Source: an uncultured Flavobacteriales bacterium (GTDB taxonomy: Bacteria > Pseudomonadota > Alphaproteobacteria > UBA8366 > CAVOAK01). From it: 64,000 bases of DNA. Made by a program: the position numbers and the translations under genes. Positions 24,398-34,420 of the stretch are shown here, one piece after another. Below the pieces are notes generated by a model. The model did no database searches. It saw nothing but the letters and a program-made list of their open reading frames with translations, and was not told the origin of the DNA. How positions within the stretch are numbered: position 1 is the first letter of the stretch; each line of letters opens with the position of its first letter. The stretch lies in the NCBI GenBank assembly GCA_964419045.1, contig CAYQNO010000019.1, forward strand, positions 278,435 to 342,434, in the 5' to 3' direction.

Positions 24398-24820
24398 TCA
24401 ACCGTATACCGTTGAATCGGCGTTTTCTCTAGAATCGAATTTCCACATCTTCTCGAGATTATAAAATTTACGAACCTCTGGCTTGAACAGATGCACGATT
24501 ATATCGCCAGCGTCGATCAGAACCCAGTCAGATTGTGCCCGGCCTTCGACAGATAGTTTGGATAGCTTTGCTGACTTCAGTTTTTTTATGAGGTGGTCAG
24601 CCATAGCTTTTATTTGGCGTTGCGACGCGCCTGAAGCTATAACCATAAAGTCGGCGATAGACGACTTGCCGGCCATATTGATCACCTTTGCATCGATTGC
24701 CTTGTCATCGTCAAGTGATGATATAATCAATGCCAATGCAACATCCGGCTGGCCTAATTTATTCGAATTCTTGGCTATAGCTGACCTCTTGTGGTTTGAG
24801 TAGCGCGCGGTATTTGTCAC
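24398..24820 (-). CDS. rsfS: Ribosomal silencing factor RsfS
   Basis: RsfS/iojap-like core (ADFMVIASGASQRQIKAMADHL...DWVLIDAGDIIVHLF). The N-terminal ~30 residues may be upstream of the true start. Confidence 0.88.
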   Translation of the reverse strand: MTNTARYSNHKRSAIAKNSNKLGQPDVALALIISSLDDDKAIDAKVINMAGKSSIADFMVIASGASQRQIKAMADHLIKKLKSAKLSKLSVEGRAQSDWVLIDAGDIIVHLFKPEVRKFYNLEKMWKFDSRENADSTVYG

Positions 24821-24841
24821 TCACACACTGAATTTTCCGTA

Positions 24842-25459
24842 CTACTCACGTTTGCGCCGAATTCGCGACGCTGACGCAGGGTGTGGAACTGTGTGAAGAA
24901 ACACCCATGCCGGCGGTACGCGATCGGCTAGTTCAGTGGCGACATTCTCGTTAATGCGATATTGGGCAAATTTTTTTGCAGCTGTCCCAGCCAGCGCCTT
25001 CTGAGAATATGAGGATCGGTTAAAAACTGCAACTGGGATGCCATTGAATAGCGATTCCCATTCTCGCCATTTTGGCATTTGTAACAGGTTATCGGCACCT
25101 ATAAGCCAGACAAAACGCTTGTTAAAGAAGTCTTTCTTAAGCATTGCCAAGGTGTCAACTGTGAAGCGCGTATTGAGCCTGGCCTCGATATCAGTAACCC
25201 TTATCTTCGACGAACGCGAGACGCGTTTTGCCTCCTTCAACCGCATCTCGAGTGGCGCCATGTCATCTATACCTTTGAGTGGGTTTTGCGGTGAAACAAG
25301 CCACCAAATCTCATCGAGCTGTAGGTACTTGAGGGCTTCGAGGCTGATATGACGGTGTCCATCATGCGCAGGATTAAATGAGCCACCTAACAAACCCACC
25401 CGATGTCCCTCGTTATGAGGAAGTTTTATACACTGTTTAGATTTTTTTTTAGCAGCCAT
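24842..25459 (-). CDS. nadD: Nicotinate-nucleotide adenylyltransferase
   Basis: GGSFNPAHDGH (the HxGH nucleotidyltransferase motif), plus size and context. Confidence 0.9.
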   Translation of the reverse strand: MAAKKKSKQCIKLPHNEGHRVGLLGGSFNPAHDGHRHISLEALKYLQLDEIWWLVSPQNPLKGIDDMAPLEMRLKEAKRVSRSSKIRVTDIEARLNTRFTVDTLAMLKKDFFNKRFVWLIGADNLLQMPKWREWESLFNGIPVAVFNRSSYSQKALAGTAAKKFAQYRINENVATELADRVPPAWVFLHTVPHPASASRIRRKRE

Positions 25460-25474
25460 CTCTAATTAATAATA

Positions 25475-26758
25475 TCACGTTCTGCACTGTCCGTTACCTC
25501 GGACGATGTATTTATAGCTGGTAAGTTGCTTAGCGCCGACTGGGCCTCGAGCGTGCAGCTTGCTGGTCGAAATTCCAATTTCTGCTCCCATTCCAAATTC
25601 ACCACCGTCAGCAAACTGTGTTGAGGCATTGTGGAGTACTATTCCGCTGTCAACTCGGGAGAGAAACACCTGAGCCGCCGTCTTGTCTTCGGTTATAATA
25701 GACTCTGTGTGGTGAGACCCATTTTTCTCGATAAAGGATATGGCTTCTTCCAGTCCATTGACAACTTTTATGGCAATAACCGCATCGAGATACTCCGTCG
25801 TCCAGTCTAGATCGCTTGCAGGGATGATTCGTTGGTCAATCTCCATAACTTCACTGTCACCGCGAATTTCGCAGCCCGATTCGATCAGAAGATTGATAAT
25901 ACCAGGCAATTGAGTAGTGGCTATGCTTCGGTCGATAATCAGATTTTCTGCCGCACCACAAATTCCCGTTCGCCGCATTTTTGAATTGAACACAATTTTC
26001 TGAGCCATCATGGCATCAGCCGCATTATGAATATAAACAGTACAAACGCCTTCAAGATGAGCGAGCACTGGTATTTTCGTCTCTGTGGTTACACGCTCTA
26101 TCAGCGTCCGTCCTCCACGTGGGACGATAACGTCGATCAGGTCGTCAAGTTTCAGCATTACCCCAACAGCTGTGCGATCTCTCGTTGGAATCATTTGCAC
26201 TCCGTCTTTAGGTAGTCCCACAGAGGTTAGGCCCTTATGTAAACAGGTAGTCAGCAAAGTAGAGGAATTGAAGCTCTCGGACCCTCCACGCAAGATAGCA
26301 GCGTTACCGGATTTCAGACAGAGTCCCCCAGCGTCGACTGTCACATTAGGACGTGACTCGTATATGATGCCAATCACCCCGAGAGGAACAGTCACTCGGG
26401 TTATTTCTAACCCGTTAGGTCTCTTCCACTCCTGTTGCAGTTGGCCCACAGGATCACTTAGCAAGGCCACTTCTTCTAGGCTAGTTGCCATCACTTCGAT
26501 ACGATCTGGAGTTAGCCATAGCCTATCAAGCAATGCCGCATCCAAGCCCTTTTCCTTTGCGTAGGCTATATCGTCTGCATTAGCATTCGCAATTGACATA
26601 GTTTCTTTTCGAATTATAGCAGCAGCAGCGTTGAGTGCACTGTTTTTGGTTGCCGCGTCTGCACTCGCTAAATGGCGACACGCTGCTCGCGACGCCTCGC
26701 CAATTTGTCGTATTTCGGACTCTATAGAATTATTTTTTAGTGATGCTGCTGTGGTCAT
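25475..26758 (-). CDS. proA: Gamma-glutamyl phosphate reductase
   Basis: 427-aa aldehyde-dehydrogenase-fold ProA sequence, adjacent to proB. Confidence 0.95.
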   Translation of the reverse strand: MTTAASLKNNSIESEIRQIGEASRAACRHLASADAATKNSALNAAAAIIRKETMSIANANADDIAYAKEKGLDAALLDRLWLTPDRIEVMATSLEEVALLSDPVGQLQQEWKRPNGLEITRVTVPLGVIGIIYESRPNVTVDAGGLCLKSGNAAILRGGSESFNSSTLLTTCLHKGLTSVGLPKDGVQMIPTRDRTAVGVMLKLDDLIDVIVPRGGRTLIERVTTETKIPVLAHLEGVCTVYIHNAADAMMAQKIVFNSKMRRTGICGAAENLIIDRSIATTQLPGIINLLIESGCEIRGDSEVMEIDQRIIPASDLDWTTEYLDAVIAIKVVNGLEEAISFIEKNGSHHTESIITEDKTAAQVFLSRVDSGIVLHNASTQFADGGEFGMGAEIGISTSKLHARGPVGAKQLTSYKYIVRGNGQCRT

Positions 26759-26776
26759 AACATTCTTCTTTCTGAC

Positions 26777-28973
<2,197 letters not shown>

Positions 28974-29045
28974 TTACAATCCCCGAACAAAAAAGGGGAA
29001 TGTTAAACCATTCCCCCGGTAAACGCAGATGAGCGCCGGGCAACT

Positions 29046-29300
29046 CTAGGCCGCCGGCTCCACCGATACGGTCGTCCGTTTGCGTAGCTTATGAAATTTA
29101 ACTCTTCCTCCGCTCATGGCAAACAGTGTGTGGTCTTTGCCCATACCAACATAGTCGCCCGGAGGCACTTTGGTGCCTCGTTGGCGAATTATTATATTGC
29201 CGGGGATAACCGTCTCACCGCCAAATTTTTTCACACCAAGTCGTCTGCCCGCTGTATCCCGACCATTACGCGAGCTACCACCCGCTTTTTTATGTGCCAT
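29046..29300 (-). CDS. rpmA: 50S ribosomal protein L27
   Basis: [16 protein letters not shown]-terminus. Confidence 0.97.
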   Translation of the reverse strand: MAHKKAGGSSRNGRDTAGRRLGVKKFGGETVIPGNIIIRQRGTKVPPGDYVGMGKDHTLFAMSGGRVKFHKLRKRTTVSVEPAA

Positions 29301-29306
29301 TTTCTG

Positions 29307-29852
29307 TCACTCCTTGAGCTTTTTCTCTTTTTTACCCGCTGCCGCAGCACTTGGCTTTTTAGCAGTCGATTTAGCAACCGGTTTGGTTTTTGGCTTTGCG
29401 GGGGCCGCTTTCTTTATTTTTTTCTTCTCTGCTACTTTCTTGACCTCGGACTTATTAGAGGTGGACTTTTTCGGTGAATCGCCTTTAATAGTTTTAGCTT
29501 CCTCATCCGCCAATTTTTCAGCCTTCGCGGGTTTTTTACCTTTCTCCAGAATTTCAGTGATTTTAAGGACCGTCAAATCTTGACGGTGCCCTGCCGTGCG
29601 CTGGTAGTTCTTACGACGATTTTTTTTAAAGACAGTGATCTTCTTACTTCGAGGTTGGTCTAAAATGGTAGCTGCAACCGCCGCTCCAGACACGTACGGC
29701 ATTCCAACTGTCTGCGACCCACCATCGCCTACCATCAATACTTCATCGAGTAATACCGGTTCGCCAGTGTCACCAGGTAGTCGCTCTACGAGGATAATAT
29801 CGTTCTTCGCGACTCTATATTGCTTACCACCGGTTTTTATAACTGCGTGCAT
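29307..29852 (-). CDS. rplU: 50S ribosomal protein L21 with a long basic C-terminal extension
   Basis: [15 protein letters not shown]-terminus. About 105 residues of L21 core are followed by a Lys/Ala/Pro-rich tail of about 75 residues. Confidence 0.93.
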   Translation of the reverse strand: MHAVIKTGGKQYRVAKNDIILVERLPGDTGEPVLLDEVLMVGDGGSQTVGMPYVSGAAVAATILDQPRSKKITVFKKNRRKNYQRTAGHRQDLTVLKITEILEKGKKPAKAEKLADEEAKTIKGDSPKKSTSNKSEVKKVAEKKKIKKAAPAKPKTKPVAKSTAKKPSAAAAGKKEKKLKE

Positions 29853-29951
29853 CGGAAATCTCTGTTGGGCTTCGTTTGATACTTGTACAATTTTGCCAAA
29901 AATCTGTCAGAGCGAGCCAAACGAAAAAGTGAGCCTCACAAGGGCCTGCGA

Positions 29952-29979
29952 ACTATACGGCGCATCGTCTACAAGTCAA
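29952..29979 (-). promoter_or_regulatory. Candidate sigma-70 promoter of rplU-rpmA
   Basis: Read on the minus strand: TTGACT (29979-29974), a 16-nt spacer, then TATAGT (29957-29952). This would give a leader of about 90 nt before the rplU ATG at 29852. Motif match by eye only. Confidence 0.45.
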
Positions 29980-30017
29980 CGCCTTTACCAAACTGTCCGT
30001 ATTGCACGAGTAGTGAT

Positions 30018-30320
30018 GTTGTGTCGAGTGGGTCTAAATCTCAGGGTCTATAAATCATCTAAAAATAGGAACTCAGAAAAGAGGTAGCGAAACTGAATCT
30101 TGGTTAGGTGCTTCAACCCATCAAGTAAAAGAATTGCATTATGACGAGGAGACGGAGAAAGTTTTAAACATCGGGACTGTTAAAAACGTTCTTTGGGAAA
30201 CGGATTCAAAATTCTGGTAGTGAGTTTAATTTCCCTTCAAATGTGTTCGTAAGAAATAAAAAGGATGTTGAGTAGAACTCCATTCAGACTCGTTATCATC
30301 TAATATTTGTGGCAGACTTT
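30018..30320 (+). repeat. Copy A of a duplicated two-block upstream region (block 1 at 30018-30076, block 2 at 30259-30320)
   Basis: Block 1 core GTTGTGTCGAGTGGGTCTAAATCT matches 33751-33774 at 22 of 24 positions. Block 2 (AAAAGGATGTTGAGTAGAACTCCATTCAGACTCGTTATCATCTAATATTTGTGGCAGACTTT) matches 34215-34275 at roughly 50 of 62 positions by hand alignment. Both copies end in the identical TATTTGTGGCAGACTTT. Confidence 0.8.
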
Positions 30321-30324
30321 CCGT

Positions 30325-33300
30325 ATGAGAAACCTAACCGCCACCATTTGCCTGACGATTGCAGTGCTGTTCACCATTGGATCCGCGAACGCTGGAGAAC
30401 GAATATCCAACGAAATTGTGCTGAAACACGTGATCGGGATAATTTGGTTGGGGACCAGAAAAGCAACCGGCACCGATTATGAAGTCAAATACAAAGAAAA
30501 CGGGGAACTAGACATATACCTCCCCAACAACGGTATATCGCTGAAAGGCAGTTGGAAATTGGATGAGAAGGGCACCTTTTGCTCTGAATACCGGTTTCGC
30601 GGGGCGCTAGAATCCGACTGTGGGCATTTCGAATATTACAATAAAACTCCGGGACTGGTCCTAATACTCAGGAAAACAGGAAAATGGGAAGTCTATCAGT
30701 CCAAAGGCAAAAGTAGTATTTTCGAGCAACCAGGATTCCATGCAAAATTACTGTCCGCTACTGATTTAAATCAATCAGTACGAAAAATTCCAATTTGGGC
30801 AAATTATGAAACCAAAATCATTGATAAATATAGAAATACGCTCAACATAAGATATTCAAAAGACGGAAAACAATATTTTGTTGTGTGGGAATATTATCTA
30901 CAATCAGGAAAAGGTAATTGTAGTGGTGGGGTTGATCAGTCAGGAAATTTGGAAACTGTTTTCTGCACGCCCAATGGAAGAAACCGTCCCCGGAGCATCG
31001 GTGGCACCGTATTCGAAATAAAATTATTGAAATATTCGGGTAGTGCTCTGGCAGGTCCTTGGAACGACATCACCCTCAGGCAAAAAGTAGAGACCGCTCG
31101 GATAAAAGCAGAAGTCGAACGCCAACAGAAGGTTGAGTTGGCGCGCGCACAGAAAGCAGAAGTCGAACGTCAACAAAAGATTCAATTGGCGCGCGCTAAG
31201 GCAGAGGTAGCGCGCCTAAAAGCAGAGGCAGAGGCAGAGGCAGCGCGCCTAAAAGCAGAGATTTCAGCACTGAAAGAATCACAACGTGACCACCTCGGTG
31301 AGGCATTCGGTAAACGTAGTCAGGCAGATCGCCGGGCGATCCAACAACGGTTATTCGAGCGTGGAATATATAAAAGTACGTTAGATGGCGCATTCGGCAC
31401 TGGCACAAGGTCTGCGATAGAAGAGTATGCGCGCGCTAACAATCAGATTGACCTTAAAAGTAGCGAGGGTGCTGCAAAAGTCATTGCAGAAATAATTGCT
31501 CTGCAACCCTTGACGACGGGCGCTGTAGTCTCAGCAGGCGAGGGACGCGTGCCACTTGATCTCCGTAAACAGGCGAACGCTAAGGTTTACCTCGACGACG
31601 TCCGTGAGTTCGTATCGCTCAACCCAAAAGAACTCGATCCGCTTTTATTGGGAGAGACTTACGCGCCCGCGTTGCAGGAGGTCCGCGACCAGTCATTCAA
31701 CAATAAAGGGTCTAGTTTCCTTCGACTTGTTGCGTATACGCGAAGTTCTGCTCCGTTCAGAGAATTTCTCGAAACAAAACTTGAAAAGCGCTTTGAGGCG
31801 GAAGAGAGAGAGCGTATCGCGATTGCTAAAGTGATTGCTGAACAGGTTGGTGCATTGAAGACGCGCCTTTCTGCCAACCCATTAGCACCCGATGCATTCC
31901 AACTGTCGCAACTGATTAAGAAGTATCAGAAGGTGCCGAAAGGAAAGAGCGCCGATGCATTGAGGGAGTTACGTTCCTCGCTTGAAGGCGAGTTGAAAAA
32001 ATTAGGCGTATCTGTCGCGAACGCCCCTGCATCGAAGAGCGGCAATACAGGTTCTCTCAAATCTTCGGTGATGGACCTTAAAGCGTTGTCCGATGTCGAG
32101 GCGAAGGACATTGTGGTACTTGTAAACCTTACCAAGAGTGCGCCGCATGCTCACCGTAATCTCTCTGGAGGGATTGCCTTTGAGAATAGGGCGGTAAAAG
32201 TTTGCGCACCGTCACAACAATCGTTGAAGGCACAATATCGCGCCTTCTTCAAAGTGGCGATGAGCAAGGTGTTGACTGACCATACGTTCGATACTGATCA
32301 ACGGTGCCGCGATGGATTGAATGGTTACGACGCACTGATCGTGACGGGCAAAGACTTGGCAAGGTCACAAGATATTCCGCCTGCGGACGCACTTGCTGCT
32401 ACTCTAAACAAGAAGACACTGGCGCGTTTGATAACCGTTAAGCACAGCGACTTCACTCGTGAACTTGCCAAGCGAGAGATACTGTCCGACCAATATAAAA
32501 ATGATATCCAAGAGGGAGCACGGGTCGGTTTTGGCGCTCTGGCATTCTCGTCAAATGCGAAGATCGGTTGCACCGTCGTGAAGGAGAACCTTGCTGGGCA
32601 CGATCAATCGATAGATGCGGTGCTGTTGGCACTTCAGTTCTTGAATGGCGCCGCAATCAAAAAGACGACGAACGTGTCGGTAGACGTCGCGTTCCGTCGG
32701 ACCCAAAAAGGTCAGTGCGCGTTCATATACGGTTCAGGTAAAACGCTAAAAACAATCCTTGATGCTTCTGTAGGCGCGGGTCTTACACCGTCGGTTTTGC
32801 CGGTATGGACGACAGCATCAGTCGTCGCTAAACGCGTAAAAGAACTGCAGTCAAAGCAGGCGAACAAGGCGCAATCGGAGGCAGAACGCTTAGTCCGATT
32901 GAAGCAACGTCAAGCGGAAGAAGAATCTAAACAAAAGGCACTGGCAGCGCAGTTGGAAGAGCGTCAAAAGAACTACCGACTTGAGAACGGTGCAAAGGTC
33001 GCATCTTTGGTCGCCGCTATCGACGCTGCCCTGAAAGGCGTGCGCGATAGAGTGGATAATGCTCTTAGTAAACAACTCAATCTCAAGTCAGCGATTGCGA
33101 ATGCGCAATTCTGGGGCAACTACCCTGCCTGGTATGCTGATAAGCGCATGAAGGGTTGGGAGTTCGACAGTACGGTACCGATGCCGAAGGATTATGGTAT
33201 AGCGAAGTGGAACGGGCGCGCTATCGAAGCAGTTACCGCTCAAATTCGAGTACTGATGAAAAATCGCAATCTAGGGAAGTACAGCGACGATTGCTGGAAT

Positions 33301-33435
33301 GTCGGGTACTTGGTCGATAAAGAGTTTTCAATGAAGCGCGAACCGTTCACCCAACGGTGCGAGGACACTGAAGCGCTCCGCGCCTGGCAGGTGGACAACA
33401 GTTTCAAAACTCGCTGGGACTTGGGAATAAAGTAG
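30325..33435 (+). CDS. Large secreted hypothetical protein with a peptidoglycan-binding domain and coiled coils
   Basis: Long uninterrupted ORF. The ATG at 30325 gives the signal peptide MRNLTATICLTIAVLFTIGSANA|GE; the track start at 30307 is a TTG inside repeat block 2. A PG_binding_1-like segment is present (RRAIQQRLFERGIYKSTLDGAFGTGTRSAIEEYARAN). Two Ala/Glu/Lys/Gln coiled-coil stretches are present. I recognise no family for the rest. Confidence 0.8.
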   Translation: MRNLTATICLTIAVLFTIGSANAGERISNEIVLKHVIGIIWLGTRKATGTDYEVKYKENGELDIYLPNNGISLKGSWKLDEKGTFCSEYRFRGALESDCGHFEYYNKTPGLVLILRKTGKWEVYQSKGKSSIFEQPGFHAKLLSATDLNQSVRKIPIWANYETKIIDKYRNTLNIRYSKDGKQYFVVWEYYLQSGKGNCSGGVDQSGNLETVFCTPNGRNRPRSIGGTVFEIKLLKYSGSALAGPWNDITLRQKVETARIKAEVERQQKVELARAQKAEVERQQKIQLARAKAEVARLKAEAEAEAARLKAEISALKESQRDHLGEAFGKRSQADRRAIQQRLFERGIYKSTLDGAFGTGTRSAIEEYARANNQIDLKSSEGAAKVIAEIIALQPLTTGAVVSAGEGRVPLDLRKQANAKVYLDDVREFVSLNPKELDPLLLGETYAPALQEVRDQSFNNKGSSFLRLVAYTRSSAPFREFLETKLEKRFEAEERERIAIAKVIAEQVGALKTRLSANPLAPDAFQLSQLIKKYQKVPKGKSADALRELRSSLEGELKKLGVSVANAPASKSGNTGSLKSSVMDLKALSDVEAKDIVVLVNLTKSAPHAHRNLSGGIAFENRAVKVCAPSQQSLKAQYRAFFKVAMSKVLTDHTFDTDQRCRDGLNGYDALIVTGKDLARSQDIPPADALAATLNKKTLARLITVKHSDFTRELAKREILSDQYKNDIQEGARVGFGALAFSSNAKIGCTVVKENLAGHDQSIDAVLLALQFLNGAAIKKTTNVSVDVAFRRTQKGQCAFIYGSGKTLKTILDASVGAGLTPSVLPVWTTASVVAKRVKELQSKQANKAQSEAERLVRLKQRQAEEESKQKALAAQLEERQKNYRLENGAKVASLVAAIDAALKGVRDRVDNALSKQLNLKSAIANAQFWGNYPAWYADKRMKGWEFDSTVPMPKDYGIAKWNGRAIEAVTAQIRVLMKNRNLGKYSDDCWNVGYLVDKEFSMKREPFTQRCEDTEALRAWQVDNSFKTRWDLGIK
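31105..31260 (+). repeat. In-frame tandem repeats inside the large ORF
   Basis: A 48-nt unit AAAGCAGAAGTCGAACG(C/T)CAACA... occurs at 31105 and again at 31153, encoding KAEVERQQK(V/I).LARA. AGCGCGCCTAAAAGCAGAG occurs at 31209 and 31242, flanking GCAGAG x3 (AEAEAE). Confidence 0.85.
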
Positions 33436-33534
33436 CGCTTCCCGATATCCAGTATCCTTTTACAACCTGTAACTAGACATCAGCAGAGGGTGTGCACCTT
33501 CGGGGTGTTTGCCTCCACTTCAGACCTCACAAAC

Positions 33535-33556
33535 CCCCTGCTGAGGGGTGTTTTTG
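33535..33556 (+). terminator. Weak rho-independent terminator candidate
   Basis: CCCCT-GCTG-AGGGG hairpin followed by TGTTTTTG, about 100 nt after the stop of the large ORF. Its 5' arm overlaps the 3' strand of the long-range helix, so the two structures are mutually exclusive. Confidence 0.4.
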
Positions 33557-33667
33557 CTTTGTTCAGAAATTTATGTTCGTCTGATTAACTTCGGAAACCA
33601 CCCCTTGCGTGGGTGGTTACGGACTTCCTTATGCGAGTAGGATTGTCACGCGGACATGGATGCGGGG

Positions 33668-33710
33668 AAGACCCTGTTTACCCCCAAGTTTGCAGGGTCT
33701 TTTTTTATTT
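33668..33710 (+). terminator. Strong rho-independent terminator
   Basis: 9-bp stem AAGACCCTG / CAGGGTCTT with a 16-nt loop, running into a tract of seven T. Confidence 0.7.
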
Positions 33711-33827
33711 GCGGACAAACCTTTTTAATACCTAAAAAAGGTATCTGCGTGTTCTGTCGAGTGGGTCTAATTCTGCAATGAATCGATGAAAAACATCGGA
33801 ATTCTGCGGTTTTTTGACCAAGGTTCC

Positions 33828-33855
33828 TTGACAAAACCCTCAATTTAAGTATCCT
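33828..33855 (+). promoter_or_regulatory. Candidate sigma-70 promoter upstream of tRNA-Ser
   Basis: TTGACA (33828-33833), a 16-nt spacer, then TATCCT (33850-33855). This would imply a leader of about 150 nt before the tRNA, so the assignment is tentative. Confidence 0.3.
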
Positions 33856-34009
33856 GACTATGATGGTGTTTCAGAGAAAACAAGTTCTCTAGACTCCCTT
33901 CGAACCCACTACATTGAGGTGACTCATGACTCGCAAAGTCGAGGGTGGTGCAAGGGACTCAACTATCCCGTCTTGAGCATTGGAGTTTTTTCGAATAAAC
34001 CAAGACACA

Positions 34010-34100
<91 letters not shown>

Positions 34101-34420
34101 AATTTATAGTTAAATGATTAGTTTATAACCCACTACACAATCAACAACTGTATCTACAACCGTAAAGCCTCGTGTGCCACTAATTTGGGTGCCGTCTGTT
34201 AATATCTCAATAACAAAAGGTGTACAGTAGAATTCCACCCAGACTCCTCATTATCCTATATTTGTGGCAGACTTTGATTCTGCGTAAAATATTTTCAGAT
34301 TCTACCTACACACAGATTATGATTACAATCAAAGCAATATCAGTTCCAAAGTGAACTGACCCTGTAGCATGCTCAACCGGTAATCTCAGCCAACGTTATT
34401 AAAAACAATGGGGTGGTGAT

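Larger units (their letters stand above)
33481..33710 (+). ncRNA. Putative structured RNA region (one or two small RNAs, or an elaborate 3' UTR); family unassigned
   Basis: No credible ORF. The long-range helix CAGCAG(A)GGG (33481-33490) with CCC(C)CTGCTG (33534-43) encloses a UUCG-type hairpin and a loop containing CCUCC. A further hairpin is AACCACCC/GGGTGGTT (33596-33618). There are two terminator-like hairpins (listed separately). Confidence 0.3.

Noticed and set aside
29091-29583. Two plus-strand ORFs (128 and 137 aa) opposite rpmA-rplU.
   Set aside because: They are artefacts of the Lys/Ala-rich coding bias of the L21 tail read in reverse (Phe/Leu-rich nonsense). rpmA and rplU are certain.
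30259-30320. EcfG-type (GGAAC-N16-17-CGTT) or CtrA-type (TTAA-N7-TTAAC) motifs in or near repeat block 2.
   Set aside because: GAAC...CGTT in copy A has only a 12-nt spacer and the CGTT is lost in copy B. The TTAA-N7 half-site matches (30226-30240 and 34198-34213) each have a mismatch and are not at equivalent distances from the block.
33481-33710. Assigning the structured region to tmRNA, 6S RNA, SRP RNA, RNase P RNA or a known riboswitch class.
   Set aside because: There is no tag reading frame (ANDN...) and no tRNA-like acceptor end. There is no SRP domain IV or RNase P consensus. The fluoride, preQ1, SAM-II/V and guanidine consensus features that I can recall are also absent. It is left unassigned.
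33646-33843. 65-aa minus-strand ORF in the intergenic region before tRNA-Ser.
   Set aside because: It runs through the strong plus-strand terminator hairpin and repeat block 1. It has no SD and no recognisable protein features.
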